31,984 nt of DNA from a virus (IMGVR_UViG_2534682327_000012); one strand, 5' to 3'; counted from the first letter of the stretch, positions 7,656 through 17,693 are shown. The notes: a model not told the origin generated them from the sequence alone. A program made the numbers and translations.

Positions 7656-8690
7656 TCAGCCGTTGTCAGTGTCCAGTGAGTAGTTTTTAAATCGGATGAC
7701 CTCCTGACCGAGCCAGCCGTTTATCTCGCGGATCCTGTCCTGTAACGGGATAAGCTCATTGCGGACAAAGACCTTTGCTACTTTCTCAATATCGCCCAGC
7801 GACCCGACGTTCTCCGGTTTGCCGCCCATCAACTGAAAGGGGATGCGGTGCGCGTCCAGCAGGTCTGCGGCACTGGCTTTTTTGATATTAAAAAAATCGT
7901 CCTTCGTCGCCACTTCACTGAGCGGGATAATTTTAATGCCGTCGGCTTTTCCCTGCGGGGCATAGAGAAACAGGTTTTTAAAGTTGTTGCGGCCTTTCGA
8001 TTTCACCATGTTTTCGCGAAGCATTTCGATATCGTTGCGATCCTGCACGGCATCGGTGACGTACATGATGTATCCGGCATGTGCGCCGTTTTCGTAATAC
8101 TTGCGGCGGAACAGCGTGGCCGACTCATTCAGCCAGGCAGAGTTAAGGGCGCTGAGATATTCCGGCAGGCCGTACAGCTCCTGATTAATATCCGGCTCCA
8201 GCAGGTGAAACACGGAGCCGGGCGCGAAAGGTGTCGGCTCGTTGAAGGACGGCACCCACCAGTAAACATCCTCCTCAACACCACGGCGGGGATATTTTGC
8301 CGGTGAGGTTTCCAGTCTGATGACCTTACCGGTGGTGCTGTAGCGCTTTTCCAGAAACGCATTACCGAACACCAGAAAATCCAGCACAAAGCGGCTGAAA
8401 TCCTGCTGGGAAAGCCACGGATGCGGGATAAATGTCGAGGCCAGAATATTGCGTTTAACGTAAATCGGTGAGCTGTGATGCACGGCAGCACGCAGGCTTT
8501 TTGCCAGACCGGTAAAGCTGATTGGTGGCTCATACCATCTGCCGTTACTGATGCATTCGACGTAATCCAGAATGTCACGGCGGTCGAGTACCGGCACCGG
8601 CTCACCAAAGGTGAATGCCTCCATTTTCGGGGCGCTGGCGGTCATTGTTTTTGCCGCAGGTTGCGGTGTTTTCCCTTTTTTCTTGCTCAT
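7656..8690 (-). CDS. Q: Portal protein Q, 344 aa
   Basis: Position adjacent to cos and upstream-overlapping P (ATGA overlap on the minus strand); size and P2 gene order. Confidence 0.92.
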   Translation of the reverse strand: MSKKKGKTPQPAAKTMTASAPKMEAFTFGEPVPVLDRRDILDYVECISNGRWYEPPISFTGLAKSLRAAVHHSSPIYVKRNILASTFIPHPWLSQQDFSRFVLDFLVFGNAFLEKRYSTTGKVIRLETSPAKYPRRGVEEDVYWWVPSFNEPTPFAPGSVFHLLEPDINQELYGLPEYLSALNSAWLNESATLFRRKYYENGAHAGYIMYVTDAVQDRNDIEMLRENMVKSKGRNNFKNLFLYAPQGKADGIKIIPLSEVATKDDFFNIKKASAADLLDAHRIPFQLMGGKPENVGSLGDIEKVAKVFVRNELIPLQDRIREINGWLGQEVIRFKNYSLDTDNG

Positions 8691-10462
8691 CAGTAAAACT
8701 CCAGAATGGTGGATGTCAGCGGGGTGCTGATACCGGCGGTGAGTGGCTCATTTAACAGGGCGTGCATGGTCGCCCAGGCGAGGTCGGCGTGGCTGGCTTC
8801 CTCGCTGCGGCTGGCCTCATAGGTGGCGCTGCGTCCGCTGCTGGTCATGGTCTTGCGGATAGCCATAAACGAGCTGGTGATGTCGGTGGCGCTGACGTCA
8901 TATTCCAGACAGCCACGACGGATAACGTCTTTTGCCTTGAGCACCATTGCGGTTTTCATTTCCGGTGTGTAGCGGATATCGCGCGCGGCGGGATAGAACG
9001 AGCGCACGAGCTGGAACACGCCGACACCGAGGCCGGTGGCATCAATACCGATGTATTCGACGTTATATTTTTCGGTGAGTTTTCGGATGGATTCCGCCTG
9101 GGTGGCAAAGTCCATGCCTTTCCACTGGTGACGCTCAAGTATTCTGAATTTGCCACCGGCCACCACCGGCGGTGCCAGTACCACGCATCCGGCGCTGTCG
9201 CCACGGTGTGACGGGTCGTAACCAATCCATACCGGGCGGGAGCCGAACGGATTGGCGGCAAACGGCGCATAGTCTTCCCATTCTTCCAACGTGTCGACCA
9301 TGCAGCGTTGCAGCTCCTCGAACGGGAACACCGATGCCTTGTCGTCAACAAATTCACACATGAACAGGTTTTTAAAATCGTCGGCGCTGTTTTCGCGTTT
9401 GAGCTGCTCAATGTCGAACAGCGTGCAGCCGCCTTTCAGGGCGTCCTCAATGGTGACAATCTGTCGCCACTGGCCGTCCGCACAGAGAAGCCCACCGGCA
9501 AGGGCGTTATGACTGACGTCGATTTCCACACGTTCGGCGGCGCTGGCGCGTCCCCGGTTAAACAGTTCACCCGACCAGAACGGGTAGGCGTCGTGCGCCA
9601 GCGTGGACGGGGTGGAGAAATAGGTCGAGCGCAGGTGACTCTGTGAGGCCATACCTGATGCCACCTTACGCAGTACCTGAAAATTCGGGATCCAGAAAAT
9701 CTCATCGACGTACAGGTCGCCGTTATGACTCTGCGCGGTGTTGGAGTTGGTGCCGAGAAAAATCAGTTTTGCGCCGTTATTGCCCAGGACAATCGGGTCA
9801 CCGGTCAGGTCAACGTCAACCAGACGGGCAAAGGCGATGATGTATTCGCGGAACACATACGCCTGCGTTTTACTGGCCGACAGAAAAATCTGGTTATGAC
9901 CGGTTTTCAGGGCACGCAGCAGCGCCTCGCGGGAAAAATAAAACGTCGCGCCAATCTGGCGGGATTTCAGGATATCGCGGATGCGGTGCTCAAGCCCGGC
10001 GCGATACCAGTGCAACTGATAGTCGAAAGACTGCTCAAAGAAAATCTGCTCCAGCTTTTCGATGGCCTCGTCACTGAAAAAATTCTTTTTCGGTTTGCGA
10101 CGCCCGCCTTTGTTGCGGTTAGCGACGTTCGGATTAAGGTCTGCCTCGTTGCCGGTCTGACTGTAGCGGTTTACCCGTGCCAGTCGTTCAATCTGGCGTC
10201 CGAGCAGGTCAATTTCCTTGAAGTCACCACCGGTTTTCTGCGGTTTGATGATGAGCTGGGTCAGTCGCGCTTCCAGACTCATTTCGACACGGCTGATGGG
10301 GGCAACGCTGTCCCAGCCGTCGCGCTGTTTCCAGCTCTGCACCGTCGGGCGTTTCATCTGCAACATGGCGGCAATCTGCGGCACGGAAACCCCCTGCCAG
10401 TACAGCAGCGCCGCCTGACGACGCGGGTCGTGTAAAAGAGTGGTGTCTGTGGTGATGGTCAT
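8690..10462 (-). CDS. P: Terminase large (ATPase) subunit P, 590 aa
   Basis: Translation from MTITTDTTLLHDPRRQAALLYWQG matches P2 gpP as I recall it; the track ORF extends 10 codons upstream to 10492, but the ATG at 10462 gives the P2 N-terminus. Confidence 0.92.
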   Translation of the reverse strand: MTITTDTTLLHDPRRQAALLYWQGVSVPQIAAMLQMKRPTVQSWKQRDGWDSVAPISRVEMSLEARLTQLIIKPQKTGGDFKEIDLLGRQIERLARVNRYSQTGNEADLNPNVANRNKGGRRKPKKNFFSDEAIEKLEQIFFEQSFDYQLHWYRAGLEHRIRDILKSRQIGATFYFSREALLRALKTGHNQIFLSASKTQAYVFREYIIAFARLVDVDLTGDPIVLGNNGAKLIFLGTNSNTAQSHNGDLYVDEIFWIPNFQVLRKVASGMASQSHLRSTYFSTPSTLAHDAYPFWSGELFNRGRASAAERVEIDVSHNALAGGLLCADGQWRQIVTIEDALKGGCTLFDIEQLKRENSADDFKNLFMCEFVDDKASVFPFEELQRCMVDTLEEWEDYAPFAANPFGSRPVWIGYDPSHRGDSAGCVVLAPPVVAGGKFRILERHQWKGMDFATQAESIRKLTEKYNVEYIGIDATGLGVGVFQLVRSFYPAARDIRYTPEMKTAMVLKAKDVIRRGCLEYDVSATDITSSFMAIRKTMTSSGRSATYEASRSEEASHADLAWATMHALLNEPLTAGISTPLTSTILEFY

Positions 10463-10635
10463 GAATACCTCGCCGTGATGAATACACGGCAAGGCTACTG
10501 AGTCGCGCCCCGCGATTCGCTAAGGTGCTGTTGTGTCAGTGATAAGCCATCCGGGACTGATGGCGGAGGATGCGCATCGTCGGGAAACTGATGCCGACAT
10601 GTGACTCCTCTAATCACTATTCAGGACTCCTGACA

Positions 10636-11490
10636 ATGGCAAAAAAAGTCTCAAAATTCTTTCGTATCGGCGTTGAGGGTGACACCTGTGACGGGCGTGT
10701 CATCAGTGCGCAGGATATTCAGGAAATGGCCGAAACCTTTGACCCGCGAGTCTATGGTTGCCGCATTAACCTGGAACATCTGCGCGGCATCCTGCCTGAC
10801 GGTATTTTTAAACGTTATGGCGATGTGGCCGAACTGAAGGCCGAAAAGATTGACGATGATTCGGCGCTGAAAGGCAAATGGGCGCTGTTTGCGAAAATCC
10901 CCCCGACCGATGACCTTATCGCGATGAACAAGGCCGCGCAGAAGGTCTACACCTCAATGGAAATTCAGCCGAACTTTGCCAACACCGGCAAATGTTATCT
11001 GGTGGGGCTGGCCGTCACCGATGACCCGGCAAGCCTCGGCACGGAATACCTGGAATTCTGCCGCACGGCAAAACACAACCCCCTGAACCGCTTCAAATTA
11101 AGCCCTGAAAACCTGATTTCAGTGGCAACGCCCGTTGAGCTGGAATTTGAAGACCTGCCTGAAACCGTGTTCACCGCCCTGACCGAAAAGGTGAAATCCA
11201 TTTTTGGCCGCAAACAGGCCAGCGATGACGCCCGTCTGAATGACGTGCATGAAGCGGTGACCGCTGTTGCTGAGCATGTGCAGGAAAAACTGAGCGCCAC
11301 TGAACAGCGCCTCGCTGAGATGGAAACCGCCTTTTCTGCACTTAAGCAGGAGGTGACTGACAGGGCGGATGAAACCAGCCAGGCATTCAGCCGCCTGAAA
11401 AACAGTCTCGACCACACCGAAAGTCTGACCCAGCAGCGCCGCAGCAAGGCCACTGGCGGTGGCGGTGACGCCCTGATGACGAACTGCTGA
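10636..11490 (+). CDS. O: Capsid scaffolding protein O, 284 aa
   Basis: Translation from MAKKVSKFFRIGVEGDTCDGRVISAQDI matches P2 gpO as I recall it; divergent from P. Confidence 0.92.
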   Translation: MAKKVSKFFRIGVEGDTCDGRVISAQDIQEMAETFDPRVYGCRINLEHLRGILPDGIFKRYGDVAELKAEKIDDDSALKGKWALFAKIPPTDDLIAMNKAAQKVYTSMEIQPNFANTGKCYLVGLAVTDDPASLGTEYLEFCRTAKHNPLNRFKLSPENLISVATPVELEFEDLPETVFTALTEKVKSIFGRKQASDDARLNDVHEAVTAVAEHVQEKLSATEQRLAEMETAFSALKQEVTDRADETSQAFSRLKNSLDHTESLTQQRRSKATGGGGDALMTNC

Positions 11491-11548
11491 CCGGCGTCAG
11501 TCAGTCCGGGAAAACCTTCACGATTAACCCTTAATTTCAGGAAAAACT

Positions 11549-12622
11549 ATGCGCCAGGAAACCCGCTTTAAATTTAATGCTTACCTGTCCCGTGTTGCCG
11601 AACTGAACGGCATCGACGCCGGTGATGTGTCGAAAAAATTTACCGTTGAACCGTCGGTCACCCAGACCCTGATGAACACCATGCAGGAGTCCTCTGACTT
11701 TCTGACCCGCATCAACATTGTGCCGGTCAGCGAAATGAAAGGGGAAAAAATTGGTATTGGTGTCACCGGCTCCATCGCCAGCACCAGCGACCCCGCCGGT
11801 GGCACCGAGCGTCAGCCGAAGGACTTCTCGAAGCTGGCGTCAAACAAGTACGAATGCGACCAGATTAACTTCGATTTTTATATCCGCTACAAAACGCTTG
11901 ACCTGTGGGCGCGTTATCAGGATTTCCAGCTCCGTGTCCGTAACGCCATTATCAAACGCCAGTCCCTTGATTTAATCATGGCCGGTTTTAACGGCGTGAG
12001 GCGTGCCGAAACCTCTGACCGCAGCAGTAATCCGATGCTACAGGATGTGGCGGTCGGCTGGCTGCAGAAATACCGCAATGAAGCACCGGCGCGCGTGATG
12101 AGCAAGGTCACTGACGAGGAAGGGCACACCACCTCTGAGGTTATCCGCGTGGGTAAGGGCGGTGATTATGCCAGCCTCGATGCACTGGTGATGGATGCGA
12201 CCAACAACCTGATTGAACCGTGGTATCAGGAAGACCCTGACCTTGTGGTGATTGTGGGGCGTCAGCTACTGGCGGACAAGTATTTTCCCATCGTCAACAA
12301 GGAGCAGGACAACAGCGAAATGCTGGCCGCTGACGTCATCATCAGCCAGAAACGCATCGGTAACCTGCCGGCGGTACGCGTCCCGTACTTCCCGGCGGAT
12401 GCGATGCTCATCACAAAGCTGGAAAACCTGTCCATCTACTACATGGATGACAGCCATCGCCGCGTGATTGAGGAAAACCCGAAACTCGACCGCGTGGAGA
12501 ACTACGAGTCAATGAACATTGATTACGTGGTGGAAGACTACGCCGCCGGTTGTCTGGTGGAAAAAATTAAGGTCGGTGATTTCTCCACACCGGCTAAAGC
12601 GACCGCAGAGCCGGGAGCGTAA
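11549..12622 (+). CDS. N: Major capsid protein N, 357 aa
   Basis: Size and position after O; RBS AGGA upstream of the ATG. Confidence 0.92.
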   Translation: MRQETRFKFNAYLSRVAELNGIDAGDVSKKFTVEPSVTQTLMNTMQESSDFLTRINIVPVSEMKGEKIGIGVTGSIASTSDPAGGTERQPKDFSKLASNKYECDQINFDFYIRYKTLDLWARYQDFQLRVRNAIIKRQSLDLIMAGFNGVRRAETSDRSSNPMLQDVAVGWLQKYRNEAPARVMSKVTDEEGHTTSEVIRVGKGGDYASLDALVMDATNNLIEPWYQEDPDLVVIVGRQLLADKYFPIVNKEQDNSEMLAADVIISQKRIGNLPAVRVPYFPADAMLITKLENLSIYYMDDSHRRVIEENPKLDRVENYESMNIDYVVEDYAAGCLVEKIKVGDFSTPAKATAEPGA

Positions 12623-12625
12623 CCG

Positions 12626-13369
12626 ATGACGAGTCCCGCACAGCGCCACATGATGCGGGTCTCGGCAGCGATGACCGCGCAGCGGGAAGCCGCCCCGCTG
12701 CGACATGCAACTGTCTATGAGCAGATGCTGGTTAAGCTCGCCGCAGACCAGCGCACACTGAAAGCGATTTATTCAAAAGAGCTGAAGGCCGCGAAAAAAC
12801 GCGAACTGCTGCCGTTCTGGTTGCCGTGGGTGAACGGCGTGCTGGAGCAGGGCAAAGGTGCACAGGATGACATTCTGATGACGGTCATGCTGTGGCGTCT
12901 GGATACCGGCGATATTGCCGGTGCGCTGGAGATTGCCCGTTATGCCCTGAAGTACGGTCTGACCATGCCGGGTAAACACCGCCGTACCCCGCCGTACATG
13001 TTCACCGAGGAGGTGGCGCTTGCGGCCATGCGCGCTCACGCTGCCGGTGAGTCTGTGGATACCCGCCTGCTGACGGAGACCCTCGAACTGACCGCCACGG
13101 CTGACATGCCTGATGAAGTGCGCGCAAAGCTGCACAAAATCACCGGTCTGTTTCTGCGTGACGATGGTGATGCCGCCGGTGCGCTGGCGCACCTGCAACG
13201 TGCGACACAGCTCGACTGTCAGGCAGGCGTCAAAAAAGAGATTGAACGACTGGAGCGGGAGCTGAAACCGAAGCCGGAGCCGCAGCCAAAAGCGGCCACC
13301 CGTACCCCGCGTAAGACCCGGAGCGTGACACCGGCAAAACGTGGACGCCCGAAAAAGAAAGCCAGTTAA
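12626..13369 (+). CDS. M: Terminase small (endonuclease) subunit M, 247 aa
   Basis: Size and position after N; basic C-terminal tail. Confidence 0.9.
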   Translation: MTSPAQRHMMRVSAAMTAQREAAPLRHATVYEQMLVKLAADQRTLKAIYSKELKAAKKRELLPFWLPWVNGVLEQGKGAQDDILMTVMLWRLDTGDIAGALEIARYALKYGLTMPGKHRRTPPYMFTEEVALAAMRAHAAGESVDTRLLTETLELTATADMPDEVRAKLHKITGLFLRDDGDAAGALAHLQRATQLDCQAGVKKEIERLERELKPKPEPQPKAATRTPRKTRSVTPAKRGRPKKKAS

Positions 13370-13468
13370 CAACCGAATGCGCCCCGCGCCAGGGCGGCAC
13401 GCCGGTCAGTGAGAGTGAATCACCTGACACTGTACCGGCGTCCACCGCCCGACTTTTCAGAGGTAGTC

Positions 13469-13978
13469 ATGATGACGCTGATTATTCCGCGAAAGGAGGC
13501 TCCCGTGTCCGGTGAGGGTACGGTGGTTATCCCGCAACCGGCAGGCGACGAGCCGGTGATTAAAAACACGTTCTTTTTTCCCGATATCGACCCGAAGCGC
13601 GTCCGGGAACGTATGCGCCTTGAGCAGACCGTCGCCCCCGCCCGTCTGCGTGAGGCCATCAAGTCAGGCATGGCTGAAACGAATGCGGAGCTGTACGAGT
13701 ACCGCGAACAGAAAATTGCCGCCGGTTTTACGCGTCTGGCGGACGTTCCGGCGGACGACATCGACGGTGAAAGTATCAAAGTTTTTTACTACGAGCGCGC
13801 CGTGTGTGCGATGGCGACCGCGTCGCTTTATGAGCGTTATCGCGGCGTGGATGCCAGTGCGAAAGGCGACAAGAAGGCCGACAGCATTGACAGCACCATT
13901 GATGAACTGTGGCGGGATATGCGCTGGGCGGTGGCGCGTATCCAGGACAAGCCGCGCTGCATCGTGAGTCAAATCTGA
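13469..13978 (+). CDS. L: Head completion protein L, 169 aa
   Basis: Translation from MMTLIIPRKEAPVSGEG matches P2 gpL as I recall it; the track ORF starts earlier at 13409. Confidence 0.88.
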   Translation: MMTLIIPRKEAPVSGEGTVVIPQPAGDEPVIKNTFFFPDIDPKRVRERMRLEQTVAPARLREAIKSGMAETNAELYEYREQKIAAGFTRLADVPADDIDGESIKVFYYERAVCAMATASLYERYRGVDASAKGDKKADSIDSTIDELWRDMRWAVARIQDKPRCIVSQI

Positions 13979-14181
13979 TGAAGACCTTTGCGCTACAGGG
14001 CGACACGCTCGACGCCATTTGTGTCCGGTATTACGGGCGCACTGAGGGCGTGGTTGAGACCGTGCTCGCCGCAAATCCGGGACTGGCTGAACTGGGTGCG
14101 GTGCTGCCACACGGCACCGCCGTCGAACTGCCCGACGTTCAGACCGCGCCCGTGGCTGAAACTGTCAATCTGTGGGAGTAA
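13978..14181 (+). CDS. X: Tail protein X, 67 aa
   Basis: ATGA overlap with the L stop; small protein MKTFALQGDTLDAICVRYYG in the P2 X position. Confidence 0.85.
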   Translation: MKTFALQGDTLDAICVRYYGRTEGVVETVLAANPGLAELGAVLPHGTAVELPDVQTAPVAETVNLWE

Positions 14182-14184
14182 CGC

Positions 14185-14466
14185 ATGACAGCAGAAGAAA
14201 AAAGCGTCCTGTCGCTTTTCATGATTGGGGTGCTGATTGTTGTCGGCAAGGTGCTTGCCGGTGGTGAACCCATCACCCCGCGTCTGTTTATCGGGCGCAT
14301 GTTGCTCGGTGGTTTTGTCTCGATGGTTGCCGGTGTTGTTCTGGTGCAGTTTCCTGACCTGTCACTGCCTGCAGTGTGCGGCATCGGCTCCATGCTGGGT
14401 ATCGCCGGTTATCAGGTGATTGAGATTGCCATTCAGCGCCGCTTTAAGGGCAGGGGGAAACCGTAA
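14185..14466 (+). CDS. Y: Holin Y, 93 aa
   Basis: Small protein with hydrophobic transmembrane segments directly upstream of the endolysin. Confidence 0.85.
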   Translation: MTAEEKSVLSLFMIGVLIVVGKVLAGGEPITPRLFIGRMLLGGFVSMVAGVVLVQFPDLSLPAVCGIGSMLGIAGYQVIEIAIQRRFKGRGKP

Positions 14467-14963
14467 TGCCGGTAATTAACACGCATCAGAATATCGCCGC
14501 CTTTCTCGACATGCTGGCGGTATCCGAAGGGACGGCGAATCATCCGCTGACGAAAAACCGTGGCTATGACGTGATAGTCACCGGACTGGACGGGAAGCCG
14601 GAAATTTTCACCGACTACAGTGACCACCCGTTCGCACATGGCCGACCGGCGAAGGTGTTTAACCGTCGCGGTGAAAAATCCACGGCCTCCGGTCGCTATC
14701 AGCAGCTTTACCTGTTCTGGCCGCACTACCGCAAACAGCTTGCCCTGCCGGATTTCAGTCCGTTGTCACAGGACAGACTCGCCATTCAGTTGATCCGCGA
14801 ACGCGGTGCACTGGATGACATCCGGGCGGGACGCATTGAGCGCGCCATTTCACGCTGTCGCAATATCTGGGCGTCCCTGCCGGGTGCCGGTTACGGTCAG
14901 CGTGAGCATTCACTGGAAAAACTGGTCACCGTCTGGCGTACCGCTGGCGGCGTACCGGCTTAA
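14466..14963 (+). CDS. K: Endolysin K (lysozyme-like), 165 aa
   Basis: Position after the holin and P2 gene order; ATGA-type overlap with Y. Confidence 0.88.
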   Translation: MPVINTHQNIAAFLDMLAVSEGTANHPLTKNRGYDVIVTGLDGKPEIFTDYSDHPFAHGRPAKVFNRRGEKSTASGRYQQLYLFWPHYRKQLALPDFSPLSQDRLAIQLIRERGALDDIRAGRIERAISRCRNIWASLPGAGYGQREHSLEKLVTVWRTAGGVPA

Positions 14964-14977
14964 ACGGAGTAAACACC

Positions 14978-15403
14978 ATGAAGAAATTATCCCTTTCACT
15001 GACGCTGAACGTGTCGCTGGCGCTGATGCTGGCACTGTCCCTGATTTACCCGCAGAGCGTGGCCGTTAATTTTGTCGCCGCCTGGGCGATTATGGCGACG
15101 GTTATCTGTGTGGTTGCCGGTGGTGTCGGCATGTATGCCACTGAGTATGTACTGGAACGCTACGGGCGGGAGCTGCCGCCGGAATCGCTGGCCGTGAAGA
15201 TTGTCACGTCGCTGTTTTTGCAGCCGGTGCCGTGGCGCAGACGGGCGGCGGCTCTGGTAGTGATGGTGGCGACGTTTATCTCGCTGGTCGCTGCCGGGTG
15301 GATTTTTACTGCGCTGATTTATCTCGTGGCGTCGCTGTTTTTCCGGCTGATACGTAAAGCCTGTCGTCAGCGTCTTGAGGGGCGGGAACTATGTCAAAGC
15401 TGA
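14978..15403 (+). CDS. lysA: LysA lysis-timing membrane protein, 141 aa
   Basis: Highly hydrophobic multi-TM protein after K, as in P2. Confidence 0.8.
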   Translation: MKKLSLSLTLNVSLALMLALSLIYPQSVAVNFVAAWAIMATVICVVAGGVGMYATEYVLERYGRELPPESLAVKIVTSLFLQPVPWRRRAAALVVMVATFISLVAAGWIFTALIYLVASLFFRLIRKACRQRLEGRELCQS

Positions 15404-15816
15404 TGATTGTGCTGGTCGTGTTGTTATCGCTGGCGGTTACCGGTCTGTTTCTGGTGAAACACAAAAATGCCAGCCTGCGCGCCTCGCTGGACAGGGCGAA
15501 TAACGTCGCCAGTGAACAGCAGACGACCATCACCATGCTGAAAAATCAGCTTCATGTTGCCCTCACCAGGGCAGACAAAAACGAGCTGGCGCAGGTGGCA
15601 CTGCGTCAGGAACTGGAGAACGCCGCGAAGCGTGAAGCACAGCGCGAGAAAACCATCACGAGGTTACTCAATGAAAACGAAGATTTTCGCCGCTGGTACG
15701 GCGCTGACCTGCCTGATGTTGTGCGCCGGTTGCACCAGCGTCCGGCCTGCACCGACGCCAGTGATTGTCGCCAACGCCTGCCCGAAAGTGAGCCTTTGCC
15801 CGATGCCGGGCAGTGA
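15391..15816 (+). CDS. lysB: LysB (Rz-like inner-membrane spanin), 141 aa
   Basis: N-terminal TM segment then coiled-coil-like region; position after lysA. Confidence 0.8.
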   Translation: MSKLMIVLVVLLSLAVTGLFLVKHKNASLRASLDRANNVASEQQTTITMLKNQLHVALTRADKNELAQVALRQELENAAKREAQREKTITRLLNENEDFRRWYGADLPDVVRRLHQRPACTDASDCRQRLPESEPLPDAGQ

Positions 15817-15961
15817 CCCGCAGACGAACGGCGATTTAAGTGCCGATATCCGGCAGCTTGAGAACGCGCTGGCACGCTGTGCCAGCCAGGTAAAAATGAT
15901 TAAACACTGTCAGGACGAAAACGATGCTCAAACCCGACAGCCTGCGCAGGGCGCTGACTGA
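15671..15961 (+). CDS. lysC: LysC (Rz1-like outer-membrane lipoprotein spanin), 96 aa, embedded out of frame in lysB and extending into R
   Basis: ATG at 15671 in an alternative frame; signal peptide ending in lipobox LMLCAGC; Pro-rich mature part; classic embedded/overlapping spanin architecture. Confidence 0.7.
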   Translation: MKTKIFAAGTALTCLMLCAGCTSVRPAPTPVIVANACPKVSLCPMPGSDPQTNGDLSADIRQLENALARCASQVKMIKHCQDENDAQTRQPAQGAD

Positions 15962-16391
15962 TGCCGTCACGGTGCTGAAAACTAACCCCGATATGCTGCG
16001 GATATTCGTGGATAACGGGAGTATTGCCTCCACACTGGCGGCGTCGCTGTCATTCGAAAAGCGTTACACGCTCAATGTCATTGTGACCGACTTTACCGGT
16101 GATTTTGACCTGCTCATCGTGCCGGTGCTGGCGTGGCTGCGGGAAAATCAGCCCGACATCATGACCACCGACGCAGGCCAGAAAAAGGGCTTCACGTTTT
16201 ATGCAGACATCAACAATGACAGCAGCTTTGATATCAGTATCAGCCTGATGCTGACCGAGCGCACGCTGGTCAGTGAGGTTGACGGTGCGCTGCATGTGAA
16301 GAATATCCCGGAACCCACGCCGCCGGAGCCGGTCACCCGCCCGATGGAGCTTTATATCAATGGCGAACTGGTGAGCAAGTGGGATGAATGA
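15924..16391 (+). CDS. R: Tail completion protein R, 155 aa
   Basis: Size and position in P2 gene order. Confidence 0.88.
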   Translation: MLKPDSLRRALTDAVTVLKTNPDMLRIFVDNGSIASTLAASLSFEKRYTLNVIVTDFTGDFDLLIVPVLAWLRENQPDIMTTDAGQKKGFTFYADINNDSSFDISISLMLTERTLVSEVDGALHVKNIPEPTPPEPVTRPMELYINGELVSKWDE

Positions 16392-16836
16392 GTTTAAGCG
16401 TTTTGAAGACCGGCTGACCGGACTGATTGAGTCGCTGTCACCGTCAGGGCGTCGACGACTGAGTGCCGAACTGGCGAAACGTCTGCGGCAGAGTCAGCAG
16501 CGTCGGGTGATGGCACAGAAAGCCCCGGACGGCACACCCTACGTGCCACGCCAGCAGCAGAGCGCCAGAAAAAAGACTGGTCGTGTTAAGCGAAAAATGT
16601 TTGCGAAACTTATCACCAGTCGTTTTTTGCATATCCGCGCCAGCCCGGAACAGGCATCAATGGAGTTTTACGGCGGGAAGTCACCGAAAATCGCCAGCGT
16701 GCATCAGTTCGGTCTGTCGGAAGAAAACCGGAAAGACGGTAAGAAAATTGATTATCCGGCGCGTCCTCTGCTCGGCTTTACCGGTGAGGATGTGCAGATG
16801 ATTGAAGAGATTATCCTGGCTCACCTTGAGCGTTAG
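16384..16836 (+). CDS. S: Tail completion protein S, 150 aa
   Basis: Size and position in P2 gene order. Confidence 0.88.
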   Translation: MNEFKRFEDRLTGLIESLSPSGRRRLSAELAKRLRQSQQRRVMAQKAPDGTPYVPRQQQSARKKTGRVKRKMFAKLITSRFLHIRASPEQASMEFYGGKSPKIASVHQFGLSEENRKDGKKIDYPARPLLGFTGEDVQMIEEIILAHLER

Positions 16837-16866
16837 TTTTATCCAGGCAGAGGCTGATGCGCAATT

Positions 16867-16901
16867 AAACATTGAGCGGCCATGCTGGTCGCTCAATGTT
16901 T
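16867..16901. terminator. Hairpin between convergent genes S and the slot-2 cargo gene: AAACATTGAGCG, 11-nt loop, CGCTCAATGTTT
   Basis: Perfect 12-bp inverted repeat seen in sequence, located between two convergent stop codons; no strong U-tract. Confidence 0.45.
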
Positions 16902-16907
16902 AGAGGT

Positions 16908-17693
16908 TTATGAGTGATTTTTATTTGATGCTTTGTATTCTACAACCTTCTTATTGGCGTAAAGGAATTTTGTATATGACAGGAATATAACCAGACCTGA
17001 AATGAAATAGATGAGGGATATTATTAATAATGCTTTTTTTTGGCTGTTATTATCTTTAATCTCCTGACTTAACCATTCCGAGTCCTCCTCGTTTAGCTGT
17101 AAGAGCTTATTGCAGGCGATCTCAGGAAGTGTGTCTTTTATAAATACGTTTCGTAGCCTCTTGCAATCGGCAAGGCTATAAGTTTTATTGAATTCAACTG
17201 CTTTATTCTTGAAGGATAAGAGAACTTTGTCACTATAAACATAGTACATCATGTTTTTATATGGTATGCCTATGGCATCCCTTACTATAACGGATTGTTC
17301 GTTGTGTATGTAACATGCGAGGAGAATGCAAAAAATACTGGACAGAATTACAATTATTGTTTTAATTATGTGTGGTGTTTTTGTTATGTCACCCCAGATG
17401 CGAGTAAGGAAAAAACACGATGTTTTTAGTTTTCCATCAATCAGTCCCTGCTGTATCATTCTCACATTTTCAATGCCTGATACATTGATTCCGTTAATTA
17501 TTTTAAATAGTTGAATGTCGCGCCACTCGCGGTCAAGTCTTTTTAATTTTTTGTCTGAATACCCAAAATTGAAATAATGTGCAATAAGCCTCATAAGGTT
17601 ACTTTTACCAAAGCTAAAAAATGCTAATACTGCAAAGCTACAAAGGAAAAAAACGATTAGCCCCCACACATTAGTCACATTATAGCTGACCAT
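16908..17693 (-). CDS. Low-GC cargo membrane protein of unknown function in the orf30 slot, 261 aa
   Basis: Strong RBS AAGGAG 6 nt upstream of the ATG (minus strand); three hydrophobic segments (N-terminal, central, C-terminal); AT-rich; on the strand opposite the late tail operon. Confidence 0.8.
   Translation of the reverse strand: MVSYNVTNVWGLIVFFLCSFAVLAFFSFGKSNLMRLIAHYFNFGYSDKKLKRLDREWRDIQLFKIINGINVSGIENVRMIQQGLIDGKLKTSCFFLTRIWGDITKTPHIIKTIIVILSSIFCILLACYIHNEQSVIVRDAIGIPYKNMMYYVYSDKVLLSFKNKAVEFNKTYSLADCKRLRNVFIKDTLPEIACNKLLQLNEEDSEWLSQEIKDNNSQKKALLIISLIYFISGLVIFLSYTKFLYANKKVVEYKASNKNHS

Noticed and set aside
8129-10435. Numerous 60-240 aa ORFs antisense to or out of frame within Q and P (e.g. 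8129..8608, 8762..9211, 9725..10435)
   Set aside because: They lie fully inside well-supported conserved phage genes and have Arg/Ala/Gly-rich low-complexity translations typical of GC-rich antisense frames. The same applies to similar ORFs inside A, N, M, L, T and D (e.g. 4776..5345, 12773..13372, 13664..14110, 27922..28611, 29429..30001).
10463-10635. Ogr-dependent late promoters for the divergent P and O operons; inverted repeat GCCGTG-atgaata-CACGGC (10472..10490) and partial TGT...CCA dyads near 10529..10549
   Set aside because: Late promoters must exist here, but I could not find an exact TGT-N12-ACA dyad by eye, and the 6-bp inverted repeat sits only ~10 bp upstream of the P start codon, more consistent with an mRNA leader structure. 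Coordinates too uncertain to report as a feature.
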